DNA of 59,168 nucleotides from a virus (Duplodnaviria > Caudoviricetes), in the IMG/VR virus record IMGVR_UViG_3300048837_000773, positions 1-59,168 of that record. The stretch is one strand, 5' to 3'. The notes beneath the pieces are model-generated. The model worked only from the letters and a program-made list of their open reading frames with translations, was not told where the DNA came from and ran no database searches. Positions within the stretch are counted from its first letter, which is position 1. Each line of letters starts with the position of its first letter. Positions 46,469 through 56,162 of this stretch are shown in pieces. Made by a program: the position numbers and the translations under genes.

Positions 46469-47805
46469 TGGCGTACCAACTGCGGCTTACAGACGGCACG
46501 AATACGCTGTTTACCTTTTCGGATGGGGTGAACTGCATCATCCAGGCGGGGATGGGCGAGTCGCCGGCGCTGCCCACGGAAGACGTGGCGTGGGTGGAGG
46601 AGGTGGTGCCGATCCTGTTGATGGGCGGGCTGACCACGATCCAGAACAATATGCGAACGATCAACCGGACGCTGGCGGATGCACGCTATAAAGAGACGGC
46701 GCGCGCCGGCGGGCATATCTACCTGGAGAAGAGCGCAAGCGATACGGATGGATGGTGGCGGGCGAAGATCCGCGGCGGGGAGCTGAGTGGATACTCCATC
46801 GACCAGGCCATTCGAACGGGGAAGATGCTGGTCCAGCTTACGGTGGAGCGGGTGGATTACTGGGAGGGTGCGCTGACGAGTGTGACGGTATCGAACCGGC
46901 ACGGGACGAACGCGACCGGGTTGACCGTATATAACCACATGGACGGGGACGCGGACAATTACGTGCAGCTCGCAGCGAACCAGATCACCGGCGATCTGCC
47001 CACGCCGGCATTGATCGAACTGACCAACCTGTTTGCCGGAAACGTGAATTTCGTGTGGATTGGGCATAAATTTACGGGCGCACCGGCAACATTTTCGCCG
47101 GTTTACGAGGGTGAAGCAGCGATCGGTAAGAGCGGCACAACCTATACGGATGCATCGAACGGGCGGTATGAGGCGCTGCAGGCGTTCAGCGGAATAACTA
47201 CACAACTGCTTACCTGGACGCTGAGCACAGCGCAAATGGACGCGGCAGCGGGGGGATGGTTCCACGTGTTTGTGCGCCTGGCTTCTGCAAGCGCTTTTCC
47301 TCACGTAACGCGGTTCGAGCTGGCGCTGACACAGGGCGCCGGGCGCGTGTGGGCGTCGGGAACACATATGCCTGGCGACTCCTTTATGACGCTGTACGAC
47401 CTGTTCTTGATGCGCCTGCCACCATGGCTGCCAGGCGCGACCGGGAGCGGCTCGCTGACGATGGAGCTGCTGGCGCTGCAGGCGAGTGGGGCCACGGCGT
47501 ACTACAACGTGGATTACGTGTACCTGATGCCGGCAGATGGCTTCCGGCACTACCGGGTAGAGTCGTACGCGATTGGACAGAACCAGCGCCTGGTGGATAA
47601 CGGGCCAGACGATGAGGTGTACCGGGATGCCGGGAATGGGACGGGGAAGATTGGGAACGTGATTGCCGCGGGGGATCCGATTATGCTGCGGCCGGGCAAG
47701 CTGCAACGGTTGTACTTCCTGGTGCAAGACATCAACGGAAACAGCCAGGTAGCGAGAACCGCGTCCGCTAAGATCTCTTATCGGCCCAGGCGGCGGGATC
47801 TATGA
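46468..47805 (+). CDS. Distal tail-like protein
   Basis: Directly after tape measure, beta-rich. Confidence 0.55.
   Translation: MAYQLRLTDGTNTLFTFSDGVNCIIQAGMGESPALPTEDVAWVEEVVPILLMGGLTTIQNNMRTINRTLADARYKETARAGGHIYLEKSASDTDGWWRAKIRGGELSGYSIDQAIRTGKMLVQLTVERVDYWEGALTSVTVSNRHGTNATGLTVYNHMDGDADNYVQLAANQITGDLPTPALIELTNLFAGNVNFVWIGHKFTGAPATFSPVYEGEAAIGKSGTTYTDASNGRYEALQAFSGITTQLLTWTLSTAQMDAAAGGWFHVFVRLASASAFPHVTRFELALTQGAGRVWASGTHMPGDSFMTLYDLFLMRLPPWLPGATGSGSLTMELLALQASGATAYYNVDYVYLMPADGFRHYRVESYAIGQNQRLVDNGPDDEVYRDAGNGTGKIGNVIAAGDPIMLRPGKLQRLYFLVQDINGNSQVARTASAKISYRPRRRDL
47765..47784. repeat. dif/Xer-like site 14 (3' end of the distal tail gene)
   Basis: ccgctaa-gatctc-ttatcgg. Confidence 0.75.
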
Positions 47806-49332
47806 GCAGCGTGGTTTTTCGCGATCGCGGGTTCCTGGCCAAGCCGGTTGACGGCCTGGTCTTCGACGTGGAACGGTATTCCTGGAGCGCCAAGGGCGGA
47901 CCGTTTAAGGCGACGATAAAGGTCACCGGCGACCCGCTGAAAATGCGGGAAATGCTGACCTGGCTGCGCTATGCGGTGGAAATCTTTAATGATCGCGGAA
48001 AAGGCGTGTGGTGGGGGTACGTGGAATCGGTGGAGATTGCAGGGCGATATTTTACCCGGCGATCGACGCTGGATGGGTTGTATAACCGGGTCGCGGTGGC
48101 TTATACGAGCGTGGCGGTGGGGCAGGAGACAATCGGGGTACGGGGAACCACGGCATGGGCCGAGGATGCGGACAGCGTGCGCGAGTTTGGAAAGCGCGAG
48201 CTGCTGGACAGCTTTTCGGGCACGACGCAGACGGTTGCGGTCAATCTGCGGAACCGAAAACTGGCGAAGACGCGGTTCCCGAAGATCTTAAAGGTGCGTG
48301 AAACGATGCTGGCGCCTGGCCAGGAAGAAACGGCAACGATCACCTGCCGGGGGTGGTGGACCACGCTGGAATGGCAGTACTGCACGATCCCGACACGGCT
48401 GGCCATGGCTGCCTGGCAGTGGCGCGGCGCACGGCCGCCGCGGCCGGTGGGCGCCACTGCGGCCAACCTGGGACTGATGCAAACATTTTCGTTGACGGGA
48501 GCAACGAACGTGCTGCAGGTTGGTGTTTACGGTCGGAAAATAGGCAGCCCAACCGATAACCTGAGCCTGGCCATTTATTCGCTGACCAGCGACGTACCCA
48601 ATCAGTCGCTGGGAAGCGCGAATCTGAGCGGGGTATTGATCCAAAACACGAGCGCCGAGCTGTTGTTTACCTTCAGCTCGAACGTAGCGCTCAGCGCAAA
48701 TACCCAGTACGGCCTGGTGCTCAGCAGAAGCACCGGAGATATCGACGATTATTTCCTGATGCCGGTTGACGTACCCGGATACGGCGGCGGGATTTTGCGG
48801 CAGGGGAGCGGTTCGAGCTGGAGCACACTGGCGGGGGAATCGCTGGCATTCCGGATATACGCGAACGATATGCGGCCGACCAGCACACAGATGGAGAACA
48901 TCATTTCGACGTACGGGGAATTTATCAATACTGTGCGCGTGCTCAATGCGAGCGGGGTATCTTCGGACAGCTATCGAAACGGTACCTACTACGCCCTGGA
49001 TGAGATTGAAGACCTGATGGAGGCGGGAACGGCCAACAACCGGCGGCTGCTGGCCAACGTGGATATCTACCGGAACGTGGCCATCTATGAAGAACCAGCA
49101 GGGGAATGTTTACCGGGGGGATGGGATGCTGGATCCATCCACCTGCCCGTGCGGAATCTGGGTGAAGGACCGGGATGAGCCGGCGTACACCAACGCCGGG
49201 CCGTTTTCCTGGAATGAGCCGGTATTTCTTGAGGAGTGCGAATACGAAGAACAGACACGCCGGCTGACGCCCAAGTGGCTGGAAGAGTTGGACATTATGC
49301 AGGAAATTGGAGGAGGGATCAAAGATGGCTAG
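47802..49332 (+). CDS. Tail tip/baseplate hub protein, apparently frameshifted near 49100-49130
   Basis: ORF 47802-49178 ends in odd sequence while the overlapping frame 49087-49332 reads protein-like to the next gene. Confidence 0.5.
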
Positions 49333-50998
49333 AGGGCATACGAATACCAGAGAGATGCGCAAGCACCAGCCATTTTTGGCGCAGATGGCTGGGAACGTTA
49401 CGGTTGATACGACTGCTGAGACGAACCAGGAGCTGACGGATCACATCGCGGCGACGGCCGCGTTTGGCCATAGTGCGGGTGTAGGGCTGCATACGCACCA
49501 GGCGCCGATCGAGGGGGGGCTGCTGGATCATGGGCTGGCGCTAAGTGGCCTTGAAGATGACGATCACCTGCAGTATTTCCGGGTAGATGGAGTGCGGGGT
49601 ATGTCGGGACACGTGCTGCCGACGCTGCCAGATACGTATGATTTGGGCAGCTCGACGCTGCTGTGGCGAAAGGGCTGGCTGAGCGAGATGGACGCGGTCC
49701 TGTTTGCCGAAAACACGATCAGTGTGATTGGCGGGTGGTTCTACATCACGAAGGACCAGGGCGCGCTGGTCGCAGCGCTGCCCGCGGCGGCGGTCACCTA
49801 CGATTTTGGCAAGACGATGACGCCGAACGATTTTGTGGTGTTCCGGGCGGCGCTGATGGTCGAGTACATCCGGATTGGGACGCTGGTGAGCGGCACCACC
49901 TACAACATTACTCGGAACCTGGATGGGACCGGGGCGAATGACTGGCCTGCGGGGGCGGTCTACGCGGTGCTGGGCGCGCCTGGCCAGGGGCGGATCGAGC
50001 TCAACGCCTACGACACTCCACGGATCAGCATCATCGAGCAGGGCGCAACCTACAATGCGCAGACGGAGCGGATCCGGCTCGGCGACCTGGCGGCCTGGCA
50101 GGCGGCCGGGCTGACCGGATACGGGATGGCGATGGGCGATTTTGCTGGCGGGGAGTACCTGTACTACACCTCTGGCAGCGGGCTGGTTATCCGGGGGACT
50201 GTGCGCGCGGATGATGGGTACCTGGGTAACCTGACCATCAGCGGCACCATGCGGACCGGGGTCAGCCCGAATCCGCGGATCGAGTTATCGGGCTCGCAAC
50301 TGGCGGGATACAGCAATGCGGCAACAAGGCAGTTCTGGCTGAACGCCAGTGACGGAAAGGCGTATGCCGGCCTTGGAAACATCGTTTTAGACAGTACGGG
50401 AATAACGGTGTACGGACACTCCGTCGACTTTTTCCGAGATTCATCGCAATCGATTCATGGTTGGCTTGTGATGGAGGATCGGGAAGCGTCTAATATGCTC
50501 AACCTGGTTCGGTATGGAGGATTTTCAAACCAATACACCCGTATTGGCCTTACGGGTACCGATATCCGCTTTTATCTGGATGATTCTGAGGTGGCCACCC
50601 TCACGTCTACCGGCTTTCCAAGGTTCGTGCCGATTGATCCCCCGATCACATCATCGACTTTCAACGGTAATGCATTCAGCACTACCGGAAAAACCGCCAT
50701 TACGGTTTCTACAGCGTTCTCAGGGGTGCCTTCGAATGCCAAGGCGCTGTACTGCCGGGTTAGCGTCCGCGATAGCGGGTCGGCCAACAACGCCAATGTA
50801 TGGTTTGGCCTGTCATCGAACACCACTGGGGGCGTCTTCCATATCGGCGTAAGCCCGCGCGGACTTCCGAACGACTACTACTCTGAGGAAGACGGGATTT
50901 GCCCGGTAACAGCCAACGGGCTCATTTATTACCAGGTTAGCGCATCCGGCACCGCCACGATGGACGTGGTGATCACCGTTTGCGGCTATTTTATCTAG
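49325..50998 (+). CDS. Tail fibre/receptor-binding-like protein
   Basis: DDDHLQY motif, DLGSSTLLWR, beta-rich C-terminal domain ending GYFI. Confidence 0.6.
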   Translation: MARGHTNTREMRKHQPFLAQMAGNVTVDTTAETNQELTDHIAATAAFGHSAGVGLHTHQAPIEGGLLDHGLALSGLEDDDHLQYFRVDGVRGMSGHVLPTLPDTYDLGSSTLLWRKGWLSEMDAVLFAENTISVIGGWFYITKDQGALVAALPAAAVTYDFGKTMTPNDFVVFRAALMVEYIRIGTLVSGTTYNITRNLDGTGANDWPAGAVYAVLGAPGQGRIELNAYDTPRISIIEQGATYNAQTERIRLGDLAAWQAAGLTGYGMAMGDFAGGEYLYYTSGSGLVIRGTVRADDGYLGNLTISGTMRTGVSPNPRIELSGSQLAGYSNAATRQFWLNASDGKAYAGLGNIVLDSTGITVYGHSVDFFRDSSQSIHGWLVMEDREASNMLNLVRYGGFSNQYTRIGLTGTDIRFYLDDSEVATLTSTGFPRFVPIDPPITSSTFNGNAFSTTGKTAITVSTAFSGVPSNAKALYCRVSVRDSGSANNANVWFGLSSNTTGGVFHIGVSPRGLPNDYYSEEDGICPVTANGLIYYQVSASGTATMDVVITVCGYFI

Positions 50999-51005
50999 GA
51001 GGCAT

Positions 51006-51206
51006 ATGAGCGAGAACATCACACAGGCCAGGGACCGGTACATCCAGCAGCGCGAGCAGGCGCTGGCGCGACAGCACGAGCTGGAGAAGGAGCTGGTGCG
51101 GGTGCAACAGCTCACCATCGCGTTGAGCGGGGCCATCGAAGCCCTGGACGCGCTGCTGCAGGAAGGGCGGGTGCAGCAGGAAAACAGAACCGATAAGACA
51201 AGTTAG
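51006..51206 (+). CDS. Small coiled-coil protein
   Basis: ggagg RBS. Confidence 0.6.
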   Translation: MSENITQARDRYIQQREQALARQHELEKELVRVQQLTIALSGAIEALDALLQEGRVQQENRTDKTS

Positions 51207-51209
51207 CGG
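51190..51209. repeat. dif/Xer-like site 15
   Basis: (agaa)ccgataa-gacaag-ttagcgg; overlaps a stop codon. Confidence 0.8.
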
Positions 51210-51220
51210 TAGGAGGCGGT

Positions 51221-52948
51221 ATGGCTGGATTTGGCGAGAAGGCGATTTTTGTTTGGAACAATGAGAAGATCAACAAAAACGCGGCGGTGGTCACATCGCT
51301 GTTGGCAAATGCTGGCTTCGAGGCAGCGCACCTGCACGCGGTTAATGTATGGACCTGGAAGACGGCTTCGCGCCTGGCGCTGGTCCAGACACTGCGTGCG
51401 GCCGGAATCCAGGCGTATGGATCGGCGGGTGTATATGGATATAAGCCAGAGGAGGAGGGGCGCCTGGCGGGGGAGCTGGTACGCGATTTGGGCCTGGCCG
51501 GGTTTATCTTCGACGCCGAAGGTATCTTCGACGCTCAACCTACGGCCGCGGCGAACGCGATCACGATGCTCAGGGCATACAAGCAGGTGACAAGCCAGCC
51601 GGCCGCCTGGTGCTGGTGGCCGTTCTACAAAAACCCGTACCCGCCTTTTCAATCGTACCATCCGGTAGAAGTACTCAAGGCCGCGATGCGGATCGCGGAC
51701 GTGGGTATGCCAATGGCGTACTGGTCGTGGGGGGATACGGCGCCGGACGCGGTGCGCTACCTGAATGCTGTGTGGCCACAGTGGAGGGCGGTTACGAATA
51801 AGCCGCTGGTGATCGCCGGGCGGGCGTGCGTTGGCGACGGCGGGACCGCGCGGCCGGCGGCGATGCTGGCGTTTGAGGCGCGGGCGCGCGAACTGGGCGC
51901 AATCGGGATGACCTGGTGGTCGATGGAGCACGCGCTCGACAAGGTGAATCTGCCTGGCGTATGGGAAGCGCTTGGCCAGACAATGCAAATGGGAAAAGGC
52001 GGAGGAGGTGTACCGGTGGTGGAGAATCACTACAAAAAAACGGCAATGGGGCTGATTACAAAGAAGCCCGGGTGGACAAATAAAGAATTTGCGTTCATCG
52101 TTGGGGAAGCGGGGGAATCGTGGTACAAGCCTAACCCGGATCTGAAGGCAATCGAGGAGCAGGCAGCGGCAGAGGGGAAACCGTTCCTGGCGCTGTACCG
52201 TTTCAGTGTCGATTTCTACATCCGGCAGCAGTACCCGATGGACGTGGATCTGTGGCCTACCCTGGCGCAGGATGAGCCATACCAGATGTGCATCCGCGCG
52301 ATCGGAAACCGGAACGTGAAGGCGGTGATCGTCGAGGTGACAAACGAGAAGAATCACGATGGCAAGGAGCAAGACAAGGACTGGATCTCGTTTGCATCGA
52401 AGATCTTCCTCGGGCGTGTGGGGGATTGGCTGGCGCGGAATAAGCCCGGTGTGCCATTGCTGCTGGCCAGCTCGAACGAGTTTATCCAGAGTAAGGCGCC
52501 GAATATGAACATCTGGGCGCATACCTACGCGAGCTGCATCACGCAGCCGGCGCAATTGGCGCTGCTGGATGAGAGCTTCCCGGGCAGAACCGATAAGCCA
52601 AATTATCTGGGGAACTCGGATGGGTGGAAGTTTTGGGCGCATTACACCTTCAAAAGTAACGGGGACCGCCTGGCGATCTTCAACGGGGACCGGGCAGCGC
52701 TGGAGCGCTGGCTGAAGGTGGAAAACGGACAGGAGCCTGAGAAGCCGGGAGAACCGGAGAAGCCGCCTGTACCAACGCCGGATCCAGAGCTTGAAAAAGC
52801 GGTGAAGGCGTTGACGGATAGAACCGCGGCGCTGGGACAGGAAATCCAGGCGTTGAATGGAAAGATCGAGGGAATCGGGCAACGGCTGGCGGCGCTGGAA
52901 TCGCGCTACCAGGCGCATACACACAAGATTACGGTCGAAAAGCCGTAA
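51221..52948 (+). CDS. Putative endolysin with two glycoside-hydrolase-like TIM-barrel domains
   Basis: GFIFDAE and MPMAYW in domain 1; GH25-like WKFWAHY..FNGDRAAL in domain 2; Pro-rich linker and coiled-coil tail. Confidence 0.55.
   Translation: MAGFGEKAIFVWNNEKINKNAAVVTSLLANAGFEAAHLHAVNVWTWKTASRLALVQTLRAAGIQAYGSAGVYGYKPEEEGRLAGELVRDLGLAGFIFDAEGIFDAQPTAAANAITMLRAYKQVTSQPAAWCWWPFYKNPYPPFQSYHPVEVLKAAMRIADVGMPMAYWSWGDTAPDAVRYLNAVWPQWRAVTNKPLVIAGRACVGDGGTARPAAMLAFEARARELGAIGMTWWSMEHALDKVNLPGVWEALGQTMQMGKGGGGVPVVENHYKKTAMGLITKKPGWTNKEFAFIVGEAGESWYKPNPDLKAIEEQAAAEGKPFLALYRFSVDFYIRQQYPMDVDLWPTLAQDEPYQMCIRAIGNRNVKAVIVEVTNEKNHDGKEQDKDWISFASKIFLGRVGDWLARNKPGVPLLLASSNEFIQSKAPNMNIWAHTYASCITQPAQLALLDESFPGRTDKPNYLGNSDGWKFWAHYTFKSNGDRLAIFNGDRAALERWLKVENGQEPEKPGEPEKPPVPTPDPELEKAVKALTDRTAALGQEIQALNGKIEGIGQRLAALESRYQAHTHKITVEKP
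52590..52609. repeat. dif/Xer-like site 16 (inside the lysin gene)
   Basis: (agaa)ccgataa-gccaaa-ttatctg. Confidence 0.7.
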
Positions 52949-52957
52949 AGGGAGGGG

Positions 52958-53512
52958 ATGATGGCACAGTATTCTGAAACGCTTCGCAATGCCATGGTAG
53001 GCGTGTTCGAAAGTGCGATCGGGGCAAGTCCGGCACTTGTTGTTCGCAGCGGCGCCATGCCGGCAAACTGCGCAGCGACGGCAACCGGCAGCGTGCTGGT
53101 AACAATCAACCTGGCGGCCGATTGGATGAGCGCGCCATCCGGCGGGTCGGTACAGATGAACGGCACACCAGAAGACACGTCTGCGGATGGGACCGGTCTG
53201 GCCGGGTATTACCGTATTAATCAGGGCGCTACCTGCCACGAACAGGGGCTGGTGGCGGAAACCTGGCTGGGCAGCAAAGCATACCTGGCTGGGCAGCAGG
53301 TGAGCAACGATAGCGGCAGATGCTATCGCTGCATTACTGCCGGGACCAGCGCGGCGTCCGGTGGTCCGACCGGCACCGGGGCCAACATCGCGGATAATAC
53401 GGCAGCCTGGCAGTACGTTGGCCTGGTCGATATGACCATCGCCAACACCAGCATCAACGCTGGCCAGCCGGTGACCATTACGCAATGGCAAGTTACCGCG
53501 CCGGGGGCATAG
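52958..53512 (+). CDS. Virion structural protein with an inserted carbohydrate-binding-like module
   Basis: DTSADGTGLAGYYRI, W..SKAY..GQQV..YRCITAGTS. Confidence 0.6.
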   Translation: MMAQYSETLRNAMVGVFESAIGASPALVVRSGAMPANCAATATGSVLVTINLAADWMSAPSGGSVQMNGTPEDTSADGTGLAGYYRINQGATCHEQGLVAETWLGSKAYLAGQQVSNDSGRCYRCITAGTSAASGGPTGTGANIADNTAAWQYVGLVDMTIANTSINAGQPVTITQWQVTAPGA

Positions 53513-53569
53513 AGACAATCGGGAGCGGGGGCCGGGATCGGCCTCCGCTCCACCAAACAAGGATGGGCT

Positions 53570-55834
53570 ATGGCAAACCGCGCGGCAGAGATTAGAGCAA
53601 CAGTGCAGAGCCAGTCCCCCGGCGCCGTGGTGACCGCACGGGGACGTAACTGGATTGAGCACGCGCTGGTCGATGGTCGGCGCGTGCTCGACGCCGGCCT
53701 CGGGCCGCTCCACGTTGCCGGGACTGAGACAGAGATCGATACGGCCTGGCGGGCCACAACCGGCGCGTGGCAGTACCAGATGGTGCTGGCCGACTACAAC
53801 GCCTACGCCCGTAGCCAGCTAAATGCGGGTGACACGGTACAGTACCGCGACCCAGGGAGCGGCGAGACCGTCACATTCCAACCATTGGCGCTAAATTGGG
53901 TCAACGAGGTTGGTTCGCGGCAGCAGATCACGCAACCGCAGAGCGTGATGGCGACGGTTGCCGATGACGTGCTGCGGTGGCAAAACGGGTATGGCGCTGG
54001 ACGGCATTTTCGGTGGCAGGCGCAAAGTGCGCGGCTGCAGAAGCTATTGACGATCGACAGCGCGGCCAACTTGCCTGCTCCAGCAGCATGGCTAACGGGG
54101 ACGAGGTGGCTGGAGCTTGAATTTATCGTTAAATTTTCGGCAGGGATTGATCCCTGGCTGGATGGGGTTAAATGGTCGCGCGGCACGACGCCAGTACGGA
54201 CGGCCAACCGTGTCGAGTTCCGCTCCATTGCCAGCGGAGCCGCGCTGTGGCACCTGGACTACCCGCGCGCCTGGGACAGCGCGGGGAATGAGGTTGTTGG
54301 GCAGTACGAGTTACGCAGGCAGTCGAGCAGTTACTACATCACCGTGCGCGTGCCGCAGGCATGGCTGCAGTCGGCTGTGTACCCTGTGTACATCGACCCG
54401 ACGATTGAGGTGTCGGTGAGTGCGGGCAGCAACGACGGCCATTGGTGGGAGGGCACCACCGATTTTGATGCTGACTCCTCATATATGCTCGTCGGCAACG
54501 GGAACCAATGGGGGCGGGGGGCGATGAACGGCTTTGCACGCTTTGTAGGGTTGGCTGGCCTGCAAGGCATGACCGTGGACAGCGCTTACCTGCGTTACAC
54601 GGCTAATGAGTCGTTTAGCACAGCGACCTGTCGTATTCGGATACGGGCTGTGGCGGCGGATAATCCCGCTGCGCCAACCAGCTACGCTCAGGCCGAGGGC
54701 GCAACGCGCACCACGGCCTACGTGGACTGGTCGGTGCCTGCGGACGTCAACAACGTCGCAAAAAACAGCCCAGACATTGCCGCTGTGGTGCAGGAGGTGG
54801 TCAACCGCTCGGGATTCGGCGGCGCACTCATCGTCTACCTCGAAGATAACGCTTCTGACAACAACGCCAGGAGGTACGTTGGCCCGTACGACTGGTCGGC
54901 TACCAATGCGCCGTTGCTGCACATAGAGTACTCGGAGGGATTGCCAGAGGGGATTAGCGCATCAGTCACACAAATGGTCCCGACCTTTTCCATGAGCAGC
55001 ACGGGACGCGTGGGCGCTAGAGGATCTGTGGCTTCTATAATCCGTAGACCGGGCGCTTCCAGCGCCGCAGCGCCTCGGGTAACTGGGTTTGCTCAGGGAA
55101 CAATGCAGATCGTCGCCACCAGCAAAGCAGTCCAGGTTCGCGCAAACGGATCCCGGGCCGTGGTCCTGACTCGGCCAGCAAACACGAATATGGCGGCAAC
55201 GCGGGTTCATGTTTCTGCGGCGCCAGGATCCGTCCAGAGGATGAATACCAGCGCTGCTGCCCAGGTGGCCGCTGGCGGATCACGGACCACCGTTTTCCAA
55301 ATTCAAACCCTGGCAGGTGGAGGGGTGCAGATACGCGGGTCTGCGGAAGCGGTTTTAAGGTTCGTCCTGGCTGCGGCTGGAACGGTGGGAGAACCAGGTG
55401 AAACAATCACAGGGCAGATCCACCGAGTGCTGGAGAAACTCGATACGAGTTACCGCGTGCAATTGGGCGCGCCTGCATTGACCAATCAGGCGATTCACGC
55501 ATCCAGCAGCAGCAGGACAGCCCAGGTCAAGACGTTCGGCAGGACGACCATTGAAAGGGTTATGGCGGAGATGGAATCCACCGCATCCGCTGGCGTGCAG
55601 GTCACTGGATGGCTGGTAGAGGAGCAGGGATTTGAACGAGATCGCACGATGCAGGCGGGGGTTTCAGGGTACCTGGCCTATACGATTGCGAAATTGCTCA
55701 AGGCTGCGGTGGCGCGCGCGGGAGCGTTTGGGCCCAATGCGCAGCTCGTTTTGACTATCGTCGAGCCCGTCATGCTGGCGGTCATGGAACAACAAGAAAC
55801 GACGCTCCATTTGAGCGAAAGCGAGGGTCAATGA
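53570..55834 (+). CDS. Large virion-associated protein (DNRLRE-like domain)
   Basis: AVYPVYIDPT, TVDSAYL, PLLHIEY; Ala/Thr-rich C-terminus. Confidence 0.55.
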   Translation: MANRAAEIRATVQSQSPGAVVTARGRNWIEHALVDGRRVLDAGLGPLHVAGTETEIDTAWRATTGAWQYQMVLADYNAYARSQLNAGDTVQYRDPGSGETVTFQPLALNWVNEVGSRQQITQPQSVMATVADDVLRWQNGYGAGRHFRWQAQSARLQKLLTIDSAANLPAPAAWLTGTRWLELEFIVKFSAGIDPWLDGVKWSRGTTPVRTANRVEFRSIASGAALWHLDYPRAWDSAGNEVVGQYELRRQSSSYYITVRVPQAWLQSAVYPVYIDPTIEVSVSAGSNDGHWWEGTTDFDADSSYMLVGNGNQWGRGAMNGFARFVGLAGLQGMTVDSAYLRYTANESFSTATCRIRIRAVAADNPAAPTSYAQAEGATRTTAYVDWSVPADVNNVAKNSPDIAAVVQEVVNRSGFGGALIVYLEDNASDNNARRYVGPYDWSATNAPLLHIEYSEGLPEGISASVTQMVPTFSMSSTGRVGARGSVASIIRRPGASSAAAPRVTGFAQGTMQIVATSKAVQVRANGSRAVVLTRPANTNMAATRVHVSAAPGSVQRMNTSAAAQVAAGGSRTTVFQIQTLAGGGVQIRGSAEAVLRFVLAAAGTVGEPGETITGQIHRVLEKLDTSYRVQLGAPALTNQAIHASSSSRTAQVKTFGRTTIERVMAEMESTASAGVQVTGWLVEEQGFERDRTMQAGVSGYLAYTIAKLLKAAVARAGAFGPNAQLVLTIVEPVMLAVMEQQETTLHLSESEGQ

Positions 55835-56118
55835 AGATCAATACGTATGACGTGGGAGATAGGCCAAAAATCACGGGGCAGTTTTACCGTGAGGGAGAAC
55901 TGGTAGATCCCGACTCGGTGGCAGCTACTGTGAGAGATCCGGCCGGCATGGTCACCACGCTGGAAGTAGGCACGGGGCTGGAGCGCGTATCGGTTGGAAC
56001 GTACAGCTTCACAATCGACATCACTGCCAGCGGTACCTGGTTTTATCGGCTTGCCGGCAGTGGCGCACACCAGGCGGCAGCGGAGGGAGCTTTCCGAGTG
56101 CGGCCAAGTCGCGTTTAA
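55831..56118 (+). CDS. Small beta-rich phage protein
   Basis: ATGA overlap; LVDP..GTY..GTWFYR. Confidence 0.6.
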   Translation: MKINTYDVGDRPKITGQFYREGELVDPDSVAATVRDPAGMVTTLEVGTGLERVSVGTYSFTIDITASGTWFYRLAGSGAHQAAAEGAFRVRPSRV

Positions 56119-56124
56119 TCGCGG

Positions 56125-56144
56125 CTGATAACGGTACTTATCGG
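56125..56144. repeat. dif/Xer-like site 17
   Basis: ctgataa-cggtac-ttatcgg, intergenic. Confidence 0.8.
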
Positions 56145-56162
56145 TACAGAAATGGGGGAACA

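Noticed and set aside
51203-53713. Long antisense ORFs (e.g. 51203-53713, 37158-38858, 30043-31743, 12139-13749, 46126-47727)
   Set aside because: Shadow frames of high-GC genes on the opposite strand; no recognisable motifs
49325-55834. Diversity-generating retroelement acting on tail genes
   Set aside because: No reverse transcriptase and no TR/VR repeat pair seen
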